Shown piece after piece: positions 23,765 to 36,337 of a stretch of DNA of 64,000 nt. Position 1 is the stretch's first letter. Each line of letters starts with the position of its first letter. The stretch covers positions 633,315 to 697,314 of the forward strand of contig NW_008246071.1 of NCBI RefSeq assembly GCF_000281045.1. Reading direction: 5' to 3'. The stretch is from Saprolegnia diclina VS20 (Eukaryota). Below the pieces are notes generated by a model. The model made no database searches, was not told where the DNA came from, and was given only the letters and a program-made list of their open reading frames with translations. The position numbers and the translations under genes are program-made.

Positions 23765-24143
23765 CCCTCCATGTCAACATTGCATCGTTTCCATTGGCCA
23801 ACATGTACAAACTTGTCTGTGCGAAATGACGTGCGTACGGGCCATGACCACTTTCGAAAAGCGCTAAGAAATAATCTAAGAACGAGCGCATGAACCCTAG
23901 AGTGCCGACGCCGCGCGCCTTGCGGTGTCGGAGTATCCATTTTGCATCGTTGAATGTACAATACCGTCTATCACGACGTGGTGACAGACCGTGCGACTCA
24001 GAATCGCTATAAGAAACCTAGAACGAGGGAATTTCGACGGCAAAAATGGGGTTGAAGGAATGCGTAGCCGGAGCGAATACATAGTTTATTGAGAGGTACG
24101 AGATAGCTGGTGATGGTCGCATCGGACACTAAATACTGCGCGT

Positions 24144-25180
24144 TTATGCCAAGCATCCATAGTCGGGAGAGATGTGCAGGAAGACGTCGTCGAAGAAGCG
24201 CTCGCTGCCATAGTCGACATGCGCGACGCTGTCGTCGTCGTCAAACGCGTCGGTCTCTTCGTACTTGATGTCGGTGAGCATGATGTCATCGTGGTGCAAA
24301 CTTGACGCGTCTTGGTGGCTGTACGCGTGCAGGCCGTAGCCGTGGTCCTCGCTGTAGCTCTTGCGCGGCTCGGGCTCGATAAAGTAGGCGTCGAGCGACG
24401 GGACGCCTTTGGGCGGATGCAGCGTCATCAAGTCTTTTGAGGACATGCGGAGGCTCAGACCCGGGATCTCGGACGGCACGTTGATGCGCTGCATATGGAA
24501 GAGATTGGTGTTGCTCTACAGCACGATTTGCATGAGCATCAACATGCCTCGGAAATGGAAAGCTGTACCGGCTGCTTCCGGAGCGGTGGCAGCTTCTCGA
24601 AGGCCGTGCCCGGGTACTCGAGGAACGGCGTCGACAAGAGGTGATTCTTTTCGTCTTCGGTGGGGCTAATCGAGCAGTCGGAGAAGGACGCGCCGTAGCG
24701 CGGGCTGTCGACCGAGTACATGTCGTCGCCCGAGTCCATGCCGTCGTCGTCGTCATCGTCCGGGTGGTGGAAGTTGGGAATGAACTGGCCGGACGGATCG
24801 ATGCCGTACGTCTCGGGCGCCATGAGCTTATCGAGCTGCTTTTTGAACGTGTCATACTGGTACACTTGCTTTTCGTTGAGAAGACCGGTATCCTTGCACC
24901 GGTTGAGCTCTTGCAGCGACCGCTTGAGGCTGCGCACTTTTCGGTACGGCCAATGGCGGATGCCGATCGCCCGACACCGCTTTTTGAAGGCGGTCGCGCG
25001 CACGCCAAACTTTTCAGCGGCGGCCTTGAGCGGCAAGTGAAAGTAGAGGCTAAAGGCCTCGAAATTGCACATGGGCGACGAGGCCACCATGGCCTTCTTC
25101 GCATGGAGGCGTCGTCGCATGTCGTCGTCGTCCATGTGGCTACTGCCCATGGTCGGCATCGGCGGTCGCAGGAGCTCCAT
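24144..25180 (-). CDS. RWP-RK (NIN/RKD-like) transcription factor
   Basis: YFHLPLKAAAEKFGVRATAFKKRCRAIGIRHWPYRKVRSL; one intron (~24516-24568); acidic low-complexity C-terminal half. Confidence 0.9.
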
Positions 25181-25868
25181 CGTGGTCGGCGGCGCTTGCT
25201 GGCAAAAGATCGAATGAAGAACGGCGCACCTGCACGGTGTCGATAGTGTTGTATCTTCAACCTCTCAGAACGAATCCATCGAAACCAAAGGCAAACATGT
25301 ATTATCAGAGGTTTTCCAACAAACATTCGACGCCCAAGATACAAACACCAAGTGCAGCACCGTCGAGATACAAAACCCAAGTGCAAACTCGAATGTGGAT
25401 TTTCGAAGGTTCGCAAAGATCGAGCCGTTTTGCGCCCGATCCATTTGATTCCACCGAATCCGACATTGGATAGCCGCAGCAGTAGATGGATAGGCCTACG
25501 TGGCCATGACTGAAAAACTAGTACAAGCAAAATAAGCTGTCGCTCAAAGCACGAGCTGCCGTCCAAGGACCTCGCCAACGGAGCAGTTGTCGACGACGAC
25601 CGTTTCGGATTGCGTACTATGCTTGTCAATCATCTTGAAAGATCCACAGCATGTTCAGAAGGGCCGATCCTTCTGTCTCGATGGGTGTCGATCCTATAAG
25701 ATCTACATCCGGCCGGTACAAGGTTTTGAGAGACGACATATTGGAGTGAGAGCGGACGACAACTTGGGAGAATGTGGGGGGGGGTGAATGCGGGGGAGCG
25801 CCGGATCAAATGACTCTGCCATGCAAACAGTATAAGACGCTGTTGCTATTTATAGCGCGGAAGTCGCG

Positions 25869-27453
25869 ATGCGCAAGGCGATGGCGAAAGGGTCCAAGCT
25901 CGCGCGCAAGCCGACCAAGCCGTACGAGGTGCGGTGCATGTGCGCCATCAGCAGCGACGTCATGGTGCGTAGCTGGGCGACGACAAGCACAAGCAGCTGC
26001 TCGGTCTCGGCGGCAACGAGAACGCGCTTCTCGACCCGGACGATGAAGACTACATGCGCAGCGTCGTCGAAAAGCTCGAGCAAGACTTGGCCCGGCGACA
26101 GGTACAGAGATGCATTATCCTAGCAGCTCTGCACGCAGCGTAGGAAAGCTACGTGCGGCGCGAGCGGCAGTACCAAGTGCGCATTGAGGAGCTCGAGAAG
26201 CTTCTAACCGAGGTCGTCGACGATGCCTCGCCACATGTATTGATACAGTAGGGTAGGCCAAGGCCAAGAAGGCGTCGAGCGCGTCCCATGAAGATACGAT
26301 GTGCTCGCTGCGGCAAGTGCACAAGAACATTCTCGGCAGCATTGCCCAGGTGCAAGAGCGCACGGGCAAAATTCTCCAAGGTATATTGTCGTATTGAGTA
26401 CTAGCACAAACATGGCACGTAGAGCAAGAGAAGGATCTGCTGCGGGCCTTCCGCGCACGGCTCTACAGCGTGCAAGAAGAGCTCGAGACAGAGAAGAACA
26501 AGACGGACGACGGCGCGTCGGCATGGATCGACAAGAGCAAGCAGCTCGAGACCGAAGTCGAGTGGACAAAAGAGATGGCCGACCGCCTCGACCGGCTCAA
26601 CCAAAGCCTCACGCGCGAAAACCAGCGACTCAAGACGCAGTTTTCGATGCAGGAGAACGACCGCGAGTTCCTCGTCCGGCAACTCGTTAGCGTCAAGAAG
26701 GACAACGTTCGGTATGAAATACGAGCGACGATTGTCGTTGAAGACATAGATAGGCTACGAAAAGAGCTCACGGACGCGCTCAACGACAACAGCCGCCTCA
26801 AGGAAGAAGGTCCGCTCGGCGACGAGATGCCCGCCATCAAGCGCGGTACGAGCGTCAAATCGGATAAATCCAAGTCGCCCGTCGCGGGATCGCTGCCCGC
26901 CATGGCATCGCATCGCGGGTCGTCGGCCGGTGTCCTCACGCCCAACCTACCCGAGGTACGAGCACCCCCACTTATGAGAGTCACGCTTCTTTAACTTGAT
27001 TAGGTCGACAACCGATACAAAGAAATCATCAAGCGGCTCAAGCGAGTCCTCGAGGTGGAGCGCCGCAATTTACGCCAAGTGCGCTCGGCGTACACGGCCG
27101 ACCTCCAAACCCACACGGAGCTCTCCATGTTCTTAAAGCAGTGCATCGAAGACGTCAAAGCGCAGATCACCGACCCGAGCGCCGTCCGGCACCTCGAGCC
27201 CATGCATGTGATCGGGACAACGCTCACGGGCGGTGACCGCCAGCGCGTCATCGATGTTTTCTTGTCCCAAGAACGCGTCTTGAGCTTGCTGTATGCAAAA
27301 GCGTTCCCGCTGCCGACAACTCCGATCGTCCCGCACGACGATGTGACCAAAGAAGACATTCGAGACATCTTCCACGAAGCGCCAGTCCCTGCCATGCATA
27401 ATCTGCGGAGCGAGCACAGCGCCGAGTCTCTCCACGAAGACGACGACCGGTAG
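25869..27453 (+). CDS. Conserved coiled-coil protein (possibly ciliary/basal-body)
   Basis: Spliced frame …LEQDLARRQESYVRRER…EQEKDLLRAFRARLYSVQEELETEK…DRQRVIDVFLSQERVLSLLYAKAFP. Heptad-rich; start uncertain (an upstream micro-exon is possible). Confidence 0.7.
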
Positions 27454-27551
27454 TACGACGATCGATGCGCTGCGGTACAAGGTTGCTTAGCGCTAAGGGA
27501 ATAAGGATAGCATCAAGCCATGATTTAGTGTTATGCAAACAACGAGCGAGA

Positions 27552-28250
27552 TCATGGCAAGACAGTGCTGAACCATTGACGGAGGTCCGCGATCTCTTCC
27601 ATGGACGCCGTGTGGCCCATGCCAGGATACGTCTTGAACGTGGTTTTGTGGCCGAGGCTCGAGAGACGGTCGGCCAAGCCCTTCCCGAGCGGGTACGCGA
27701 CCTTGTCGTCCGACGTGCCATGCCCAACGAGCACGGGGTGCGACGACGTTGGCAGCGACCCGAGAAAGTCTTCGTGCGGGAGCCAGCCGCTAAAGGCCAC
27801 GATTCCGGCAATGGGCGCATCACTGAGAAGGCCCGCGAGCACGGCCGTGCAGGCGCCTTGGCTGAAGCCGCCAATGACAATGCGCTCGGCCGGAATGCCC
27901 TCGGCTTGCAGCTCCTGCACGAGCGCCCGCACTGTCGCGACAGAGTCGAGGATACCGTCGAGCGTCTCTTCGCGCACCGAGTTGGGCGCGACGGGAATGT
28001 CCTTGAGGTCGAACCACGCCGGCATGCGCTGGCCGCCCGCGAGGTACACGGGGCGGTTGGGAGCGTTCGGGAACTTCCACGTGATGTGGCGCAGCGACGA
28101 GAGCTCGTCCTGGAGGAAGGTCCAGCCGGCGCCCGAGTCGCCGAGGCCATGCAGCCAGATGACACCGGCCCGCGCGCACGTCGTCGTCGTCGCCATCGTC
28201 GTTGTCACGCAGAGGAGGAAGCTCAAGACCACAAAGCCCAACCCGATCAT
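27552..28250 (-). CDS. Acyl-protein thioesterase / phospholipase-carboxylesterase (Abhydrolase_2, LYPLA-like) with hydrophobic N-terminus
   Basis: VIWLHGLGDSG, FPNAP, MPAWFD, GGFSQG nucleophile motif, HGTSDDKV, YPGMGH; intronless. Confidence 0.92.
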   Translation of the reverse strand: MIGLGFVVLSFLLCVTTTMATTTTCARAGVIWLHGLGDSGAGWTFLQDELSSLRHITWKFPNAPNRPVYLAGGQRMPAWFDLKDIPVAPNSVREETLDGILDSVATVRALVQELQAEGIPAERIVIGGFSQGACTAVLAGLLSDAPIAGIVAFSGWLPHEDFLGSLPTSSHPVLVGHGTSDDKVAYPLGKGLADRLSSLGHKTTFKTYPGMGHTASMEEIADLRQWFSTVLP

Positions 28251-28669
28251 AGTCCTGTGGACGGCTTGCACAATTGTACGATAAATGTACGGTATGTCTA
28301 AACCATATTATTGTATAGTGTGTACGTGTACGGCATTCTGTACGGTATTGTTCGACCTCAGGGAATTCGCGTAAAAAGTACAAAATCTGCCAGTCCAAGC
28401 TCGACGCAAGGAACAAGTTCGAAATACACGACTCTTGCGTATCGACTGCACACCTCTACCTAGCTCTAGTGTTGTCACGCAAGCATGGCTATGCAGCTTG
28501 GGACGAAAGATGGGCGGTACGCTGTGGCTAAAATCCAAACAAATTCGGTCGGCCATATCACATCCTAGCTTGTGTACTATATAAGCGATTTTAAAACGCT
28601 TTGGATCAGGAAAAGACCTAATTGAAGATCCCTCCGAAGTATTCCTCGAAAGGGTGCGCAAGATCGCAC

Positions 28670-31600
28670 ATGGAGGCCGAGCGCAAGCCGCTGCCATGGC
28701 GCCCGTACGTGGTGCTGCTCCTTAGCGGAGCCACGAAGGACGAGAAAGCCTGTCTGGAGCGGCTCCAGGACGTGCTCAGTGGCGCCCTCACGCCCCGTGA
28801 GCGCGGTGTGTTCAAGGTTGTCACCCGCACCGACCTCGGCAACTTCAAGGACAATGCGCCCGCCGACGTCCTCGCTGGTGCATTCCACGCGCTCATTGAG
28901 AAGGATCGCACCGAGTACGTCCAAGCCAACGCAGCCAAGTTTGCGAGCAAGCCCAAAGCCCCGGCGGGCTTGGACCGCGACTTTCGACTCGCGTCCAGCC
29001 GCGGGACCATTGTCGACTCGGCCCGAGGCCAGGCCGTGACGGCGACGGCGCCTGTCGATGCGATTGCAATACCTCCGACTGACGGCGCTGACGATGACAT
29101 GCTGAGCGCAGCCCAAGCCGCGCTTGAGCACGACGCCCGCGACGGCGCACCCTCCCACATTTATGTCCTATTTGACTACCCTGCGTCGGTCACCGAAGTT
29201 CGCGGTCCGCATGTGCTTGCTCCTCGTGGTTGTATTGACATCGCGTAGGTCTCATTACGTACAAGATGACGGGCGCCGAGGGGCCCAAGGGCGTTGCGCT
29301 CTCCGCGCTCGTCGACAGCGTCGTGTCGGTAGTGTTCCCACTCCGTGCGACCCTGCGACGACCGTCCATGGCGCTTGCACCAGAAGAGCCTATCAAGCCC
29401 GTCGTTCCGGAGCCCAAGCCCGTGGAGCCACCGGCCAAGCACCCTGCCAAAGGCGGCAAGCAAAAAGCTCCCGCGGTTGCGCCGTCGCCCGAGCCCGAAG
29501 TCGTCGCTCCGGTTGTAGCTGCGCCGGTCGTCGAAGTCCCCGTCGAACCACTTGGGTACGCACATTCGCAACACGCTACTACATTGGACGTGGGACGTAG
29601 GGAAGGCAAGTTGCACAAGGAGCTTGTGGCTGCGGCGGCCGTCGGCGGCGTCGAGTGGACCGACTTTTCGTTTTCAACGCTGCACTGCGCGACCGAGGCG
29701 GGCGAGCCCCGTACGATGGTGACGCTGACCAAAGAGCTCAAGCAAATGCTCACGGACGTCGCAGTCGCGAAATGTGCCTTCAAGCAGTGGCTCAGCACCG
29801 TCAACGTCGTTGATGTCCCGTCCGAAGTACCGGGTCGCCCTCTCGAGCACCTCTTGCGCACCTACAACGAGCTTCTCGACCCGATTTACGAGCCGAGTGT
29901 TGGCGTCGCGGGCATTCTTGTGGCCATGAAGGAAGCTATATTTCGCGCCAGCTCCAAGGACCGGCGTGTCGCACCGCCACCGACAGTACGTAGAAGAGCG
30001 AGCACGCATCCGTAGTTCGAATCGTGTTGGTAGAAAGCAGCGTCGGTGCTGCCTCAATTTGTCGATCATGGCGACGTCGCTCGGGTGCGTATGATGCAAG
30101 CTCTGCACCTCTACAACTCCAAGCCCGAGTGTCTCCGGTCCGGCGAGCCGCGCATGCTCCTCGGTAGATGGACGTCGTTCCACAAAGCTCATTCGTCGTA
30201 TAGGAAAGAGCTTGGACGACATTGAGAAGGAGATGTGGCTGCTCAGTGATCTGCCGGGCGTCGGCTTCCAAGGTCGAAAAGGCATGCCGATCGCGCCGAC
30301 ACTGAGCCTTGTGGAGCGAGGTGTCCAGGACACGGAGCTGATGCAGTTCCACGGGTAGGTGCAATGCGTAGCGAGCGCTCTCTGCAATGGTCTGTAGGTT
30401 ATCGATGCACGATGTGCACTACACGCGCAAGCTCCTCGAGTTTGAAGCCATGCTCGGGCACAAATGGGAGCGCAAGCTCCGGTACCGAACCTACATGGAG
30501 CACTTGCCCAAGCACATTTTGCCACAGGTACGCCAGCGCCAGCATTCATGACGCGCTGACGTCGGTGTAGCGGGTTGCAGCACTCGTGGGCCTCAATGTC
30601 GTGCTGTACAAACGGTACTATGCGCCGGACGACTCGCTTCTCGTCGCCGGACACATTGCAACACCGCAAGGTCGGACGTGCACCGACACGTGGGCGGCCA
30701 TCGACTGGGTCCGGTACGCAGCTCACGATTGAATACAGGCCCTACATCCGCGATGTAGGCACCGTCCACCGTTCAGTGAGTGGGAAGCCGAGACTCTCTT
30801 GCCGCGCGTGTACTTGACGCCGCGCACGGTGACGGCGCTCGGGGCGTGTGTCAACCTCTCCCATGCCGAGCTGGATAGCGTGCGGGAAGTGACGCACTCG
30901 TTCTTTCCGTCGGACCACGCCGTGATCCACGTCACCGAAGCGCCGCACGCCACAACGTGGCTGACCGTGTACAAGGACTGGTGCGCTATTTTCTCGGAAA
31001 CACAAAGCTTGACGGAGCGGTAGGCACCACTTTGGCCTTCGCCCCAGCAGCGTCGGGTTCCCGATGAACTTTCACGCAACGTTCGAGGACGCTTCGCACT
31101 TGACGATTTCGCGCCAAAGCGGCCGGACGATTCTCTTGACAAAGACCTTTTCATCTGGCCTCGTCGTCTCCATCTCGTCGGACGGGAGCATTCAGCAAGA
31201 GTACGCGACTCGGACGGGGCATGCCAGTGCCCCCAATCAGCACGAGACGTACGTCATCCACGCCTAACTTGCATGACGCGACAGTGGTAGACGCCGCGTC
31301 GTGCTCGGCCGAGGCACCGTCATTAGCTTCCGCACCGATGGCAGCCAGGTCATCATGTACGCCAACGGCCACGTCGGCAAGCGGGCGACCGCCGCCGACG
31401 CGTTCTGGACGATCGATGAGGGTGGGAGCGTCTATGCTGTCGCATCGCACGCCAAGAAGACACCGCCGCCAGCGCCCGTGCCCATCACGCTCGAGGTCGA
31501 CCCCGAGTCGAAAGCAGTGATTGCGCACCGCGGCGATGGCGTTGTCACCGTCACGCACGTCAACGGGTGCGTCATCTCCGTGACATCCATACACTCATGC

Positions 31601-33751
31601 CTCGCAGATCGTACTTGACCCAGCACGCCGACGGGACGCAAATGCTTGGCAATGGCGCCAACAGCCATGTGGTAGGACAAATGCTGTGTTAATATGTCAG
31701 GGTGACAAATCATCCGTGCAGATTGTGCGCAAGGAGGGCTATGCCGAAGTGAGCATCGACGTGGACGTCAACCTCACCGCGCAGCGGCACGCCCAAGGCA
31801 TGAAGATCGCCGTCACCAAGGGCGGCATTCGCACGCGCAGCGTCGTCCGGTGCGTTCGAGTACGTCGCTAAAGTGTCGAGCTTGTTTCCGCATAGATTTG
31901 ATGACGGCACGACGATCGAAGTCGACTACGACACGCGCGTCATCGCGTCGGTTCACGGCATCTTGCGTGTGCGCAAGCCCGACGGCACGATCGTAATTGC
32001 CCAGGACAATGGGCTCGTCGAGTTTCGCCCGCGGTCGCTGGCCACGTCATCGTACCCCCGGGTACCCACTGGCTTTCAGAACACGTACATATCACGGGAT
32101 GTTGGCATCGCTCTATAGAAGGCGGCGCGGGACGACGAAGAAGAGCCCGACTCGTCGAGTGGCGCCTACTACTTTGACTGCGTCAACGGCAGTCTCCGCC
32201 TGAGCGACCACGAGCACAATCATTTCGACTTGACGATCGGGGACGGCAAGCACCTTCCCGTGCTCAAGGTCGACCTCGCGGGCGTCGTCTCGGCAAGCGA
32301 CTGCGCGAAATTCGGCGTCGATCCGATTGCTGCCAACGCTGTCGTCAACGACCCCCTGCAGCCCTTCTTGCTCATTCTGCAGGGCGACGGCACTGGCGTT
32401 GAGGTATCAACTTGATACCTTCAACAAACCGGATGGATGGGATTCGCTACCTGTAGGTGCTCCGACCGATGGACGTGGACGACTACCTCGCACTGCAGCG
32501 CCGGGACGCTCGGATCGAACGCGTGCCTTGCATTGCTGTCGGTGCCAGCAACGACAACAAGCTGCATGTGTTTACGCACAGCTTGGGCCCGTTTACGCCC
32601 GTCGCACTCGCCGACGCTACTGAGCGGACGGCCATTCTATCGACAGTCAAGATCCCGGCGCGGGCCAGTGCGCTGCTGTTGCAGCAACTGCACAACGTCG
32701 TGCCACTGCGCCCGCTTGCTGTGAGCTTGGTGCGGCGCTTACGTGAGATCACGCCGTTCGACGCGGTTCAATTCCAAACCATGGTACGACGTAGATCGAT
32801 GTTTGGTCGCAGAAAGGCGAGTAGGTCGATGCTCTCTCGGCCTGGAATGCGTGGGCGGCCAATCGAGAGCTCACAAAGGACCAGTACGCAGTCATGGACC
32901 CGCGGGACGACGAGACGCGGGCCCAGGCGCATGTGCGTCCATCTTTGCGCTGAGCTCGAGGATCAACCACGGAGTTATGCAGGCCATGGAGAAGAAGATT
33001 GCGGCAGCGTACAAAGCGACGCGTGCGCGGCTCAAGGCCGAGCGCCTCAAGAAGCGCGAACGCGAACGCTTGGCCAAGCTCAACTCGGCGCTCGAAGAAG
33101 CAGGGCACGAGCCGTCGGCCGCCATGACGACGCTCAAAGAGGTACATGACCCTGTAGACGGCAGCGCCTTGACGCGCGATCACTAGGTGGAAAACGAAGA
33201 AGACGACGAGGAAGGTCGGAATGCAAGGCCAATGTCGTGTATAGCACCATGTGTATAGATGGCGACGACGACGAGGCACACTACGCCGGCATGCACTCGG
33301 ACGACAGCGACGCCGACTCGCGCGACGACCTTGATGTGAATGTCGACGACGAGTACGAACTCCTTCTCACGGCCTTTTCGCACGCCGACACCGAGTCCAA
33401 CGGCCGCTTGAACCGCGTGCAGAGTACGTACGAAGTATGTGCGGCGCGGCTCATGCAAGAATGGATAGCGCGGCGGGCGCTCGTGCATGCGCTGGGCTTT
33501 GGTGTGAGCCAAAGTGACGTCAACGACGCGATCGAAACGTACTCGGAGGCTTATGACGACACGGTGCGCTGTTTGGTGAGGCCTTGCGTCACGCGGTGTA
33601 GGTGACGTTCGAGGTGTTTGCGCGCATCTTGACGTGCATGAAAGACGCGTACGACGAAGAAGCGAGTGCCAAGACACCGCGTGCGATGCCCCAGTTCCCG
33701 AGCCGACTCTCGATGCCGTCCAAGCTCTCGCCGCGCCCCAAACATCCATAG
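28670..33751 (+). CDS. SPAG17: SPAG17/PF6-like central-pair projection protein with C-terminal EF-hand pair
   Basis: About 20 short introns. EFEAMLGHKWE…YMEHLP; repeated beta-hairpin units (RRVVLGRGTVISFRTDGSQVIMYANG; EVDPESKAVIAHRGDGVVTV; QHADGTQM; RKEGYAEVSID) like SPAG17; C-terminus AFSHADTESNGRLN…VTFEVFARIL. Confidence 0.75.
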
Positions 33752-33799
33752 TTTACAAGACAATATTGGTGTGGTTTGTACGGGAACCAACTACCGAGC

Positions 33800-35027
33800 T
33801 CAATGTGTCATGTTGCGGCGCATGGGCGACACCTTGGTTGGTCGGTTGTGCGGGAGGTAGCCCATGAGACGCTGCTCCGACGGCTTGGAGGCGTCCCGCG
33901 GCGCTGCCTCGGACGCCTCGGTAAACACCTGAGGAAAGTGCTCTGCGCACATGTCCTTGATGAACGCTTCGTCGACGTCGTTGGCTTCGTCAAGGAACCG
34001 CTGGGCGGCGCGCCATGGATCGCGCTGGCGGTCAAGAGGCTCAATGGGCAGCCACGGCTCACTCTGCGCTTGGCGCAGCGGACTTGGTGCGTGTCGTGGC
34101 GACGGTGATTTTGTTCGGAGCCGCGCCATCATACTGGTCGCAAGGCTCTCAATGTACGCTGCATCCTCGTCGTTCACGGGCTGCGTGGGGCGGTCCAGCG
34201 TCCTAATATGTACCTAAGAAGATTGCAGAGACGCTACCGCGACGTACGGCGTCGGGGCGCGTGCAAAGAAGAGCCGGTCACTCTCGACGAGGGCCATCTT
34301 TGGCTGGTGCGGCTTGAGTGGCTGGTTGTCCCAACGACTGCTCCTCCCGTCTTCGAAGTCGTTGTTGCCGCCAAGCGTCGACTCGTCAATGCGGCTAAAC
34401 GATGCGCTGCGTTTGCAATCGAGCGACGACGACGAGCTCTCGCGACTCGACTTTTGGTTGTCGGGGAGCAACTCGTCCGGCTACACGCCGCCATGTCGTA
34501 TCGCGTTGCAGTGCCAACTGTACCATGCGGGGGCCGCTGCTGTCGGTCGGATCGACGCGATTCTGGGCCGCTTTTGGTGCCAACTTGGTTGATGTCAGCG
34601 CAGATGCGTCCATGAGCCGGTGCAAGAGTGCGACTGTCGACTCGGACACGTATTTGGCCGAGAGGTCGACAAAGATGCGCCGGAACTACACGAGCTGTGA
34701 GCGCAACACGACGTGTTGCGATTAGGGCGCACCGTTCGAAGCCGCTCCCGCACGACAGGGTCGTCAGTTGAGCCTTTGAGTAAAAACTTGCGCGGCAACG
34801 GCGCCGAGAGCGCCTCCATCTCGAGGATCTATTGCTCCTACTGTTGCACTTGCTACAACCAAGTCGAAACGTACGGGTTTGAGATGCTGGCGCAGCGTCT
34901 TGTGGCGGGCTTTGACCTCACGCGTCTTGCTGCCGTCCTTGAACGACACGTGGTAGAGCTCGACGCTGCGACCGGACGCCGACGTCGCGGTCGAGTGCCC
35001 CGTGAGACTTAGGAGGACTTGGCGCAT
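33800..35027 (-). CDS. Divergent PX-domain protein (paralog 1)
   Basis: Spliced N-terminus MRQVLLSLTGH…LYHVSFKDGSKTREVKARHKTLRQHLKPILEMEALSAPLPRKFLL…VVRERLRTF follows the PX pattern (beta sheet, R-Y/H, PxxPxK loop, ER helix); low-complexity remainder. Confidence 0.55.
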
Positions 35028-35254
35028 CGGCTCTGCAATGCAAAATATTAAGCTTAGAGGCAACGCCCACGAGCGACCTTTGCGCTAAATACACAGCGTG
35101 TAACGGCGCGAGCGCGAAACCCACGCTTGCTTTCGTGCATGGAGTTGCGTAATTTGATTATGCTCGGTGTATGTCATCCCCACGACCCGTCTGTGGAGGT
35201 TTACGGGACGCAGTAAAGAAGCGGCACAGCGGCAACTATGCTAGACTCGATCGA

Positions 35255-36211
35255 CTAGAACGAATTGTTTGCTAATTGTTCGTCGACGTGGTGGCGAAGA
35301 ATGGCCATCAGCTTGTCCGGATCAAACTCGGCTTGGACAAGCGGGGCGGCCAGCCACGTCTCGTACCCGCGCACGTTTCCATGGTGGTCCTGGTGGCCTA
35401 CGACACGTCTTTTGTGTACATGCCAAGCGACGCGCCACGTACTGGGCGTGAAGCGATGCGCATGGTTGCCGTCGAGATGATTTGCGCAGCGCGCAGGTTC
35501 GTGCGGCTGGGGTCCTCGTCAGCAGCGATCAAAATGTATGTGATTGCTACCTTGGCGGGCACGGTGCGCGGCGGCCGAGGCGCGGTCAGCTGGAGATCGG
35601 GAAAGAGCTGTAGCATTGCAGCATTGAGCCTCTTGACGCAGACGACGTCATCGGGCTCGTCGTCGTCCACTCTGGGCGCGTCATTGTTGCCGTTGGCGGT
35701 GCGGTCCGACTACGAAATACGGTTGGCCCCCTCTAGCGGGATGCATTTTACGGTGGTGTTGGTCGCAGAGACATTGTCAGCATGGTCGAACAAGTAATGC
35801 AGCTGCGCAATGCTCGCGCTTGTAAAGTAGATATGGGAAATCTGAGCACAGCAGTGCGCCAGCTACGGTCGCAGGCGTTCAGCGTCGAGTTGCACTTGGC
35901 GAGGTGCACGTACTTGCTGCTCGCGCTCGGCCATGACCAGCGTGCTCCAGGCACTGTGCAGCGGCTTTTTGCGAGGGAATGCATCTAGTACCCACGGGTA
36001 CCCACTGCAGACCTACGCGCCGCCGTGAGAACGTGGTGGCGGGACTCTGCTGGACGTCGAAGATGTGACGGCGAAGGAGGCTGTAGCGAGCCTGCGTCGT
36101 GCGCACGCGTGCTCCGTCCTGCAGCTGCAGGTGGTAGAGGCCGATGGCCTTACCGTTGGCGCCGAGCACGACCGAGCTGCCATGTACCGAGAGCGTCACT
36201 TGTCGGACCAT
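35255..36211 (-). CDS. Divergent PX-domain protein (paralog 2)
   Basis: MVRQVTLSVHG…LYHLQLQDGARVRTTQARYSLLRRH…AFPRKKPLH…LVMAEREQQL; ends …LRHHVDEQLANNSF*; first intron donor ambiguous. Confidence 0.55.
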
Positions 36212-36337
36212 GTTGAGACAGGCGGAATGGATCTTGGACAGGCACGATCGATTGTCAAAGGCAATTTGAGCTTTGTATTTGTTTCTAGAGGTTTTCAGTA
36301 GCCAGCTTGATTTCGTTTCTGGATCAAGAAGACCAGC

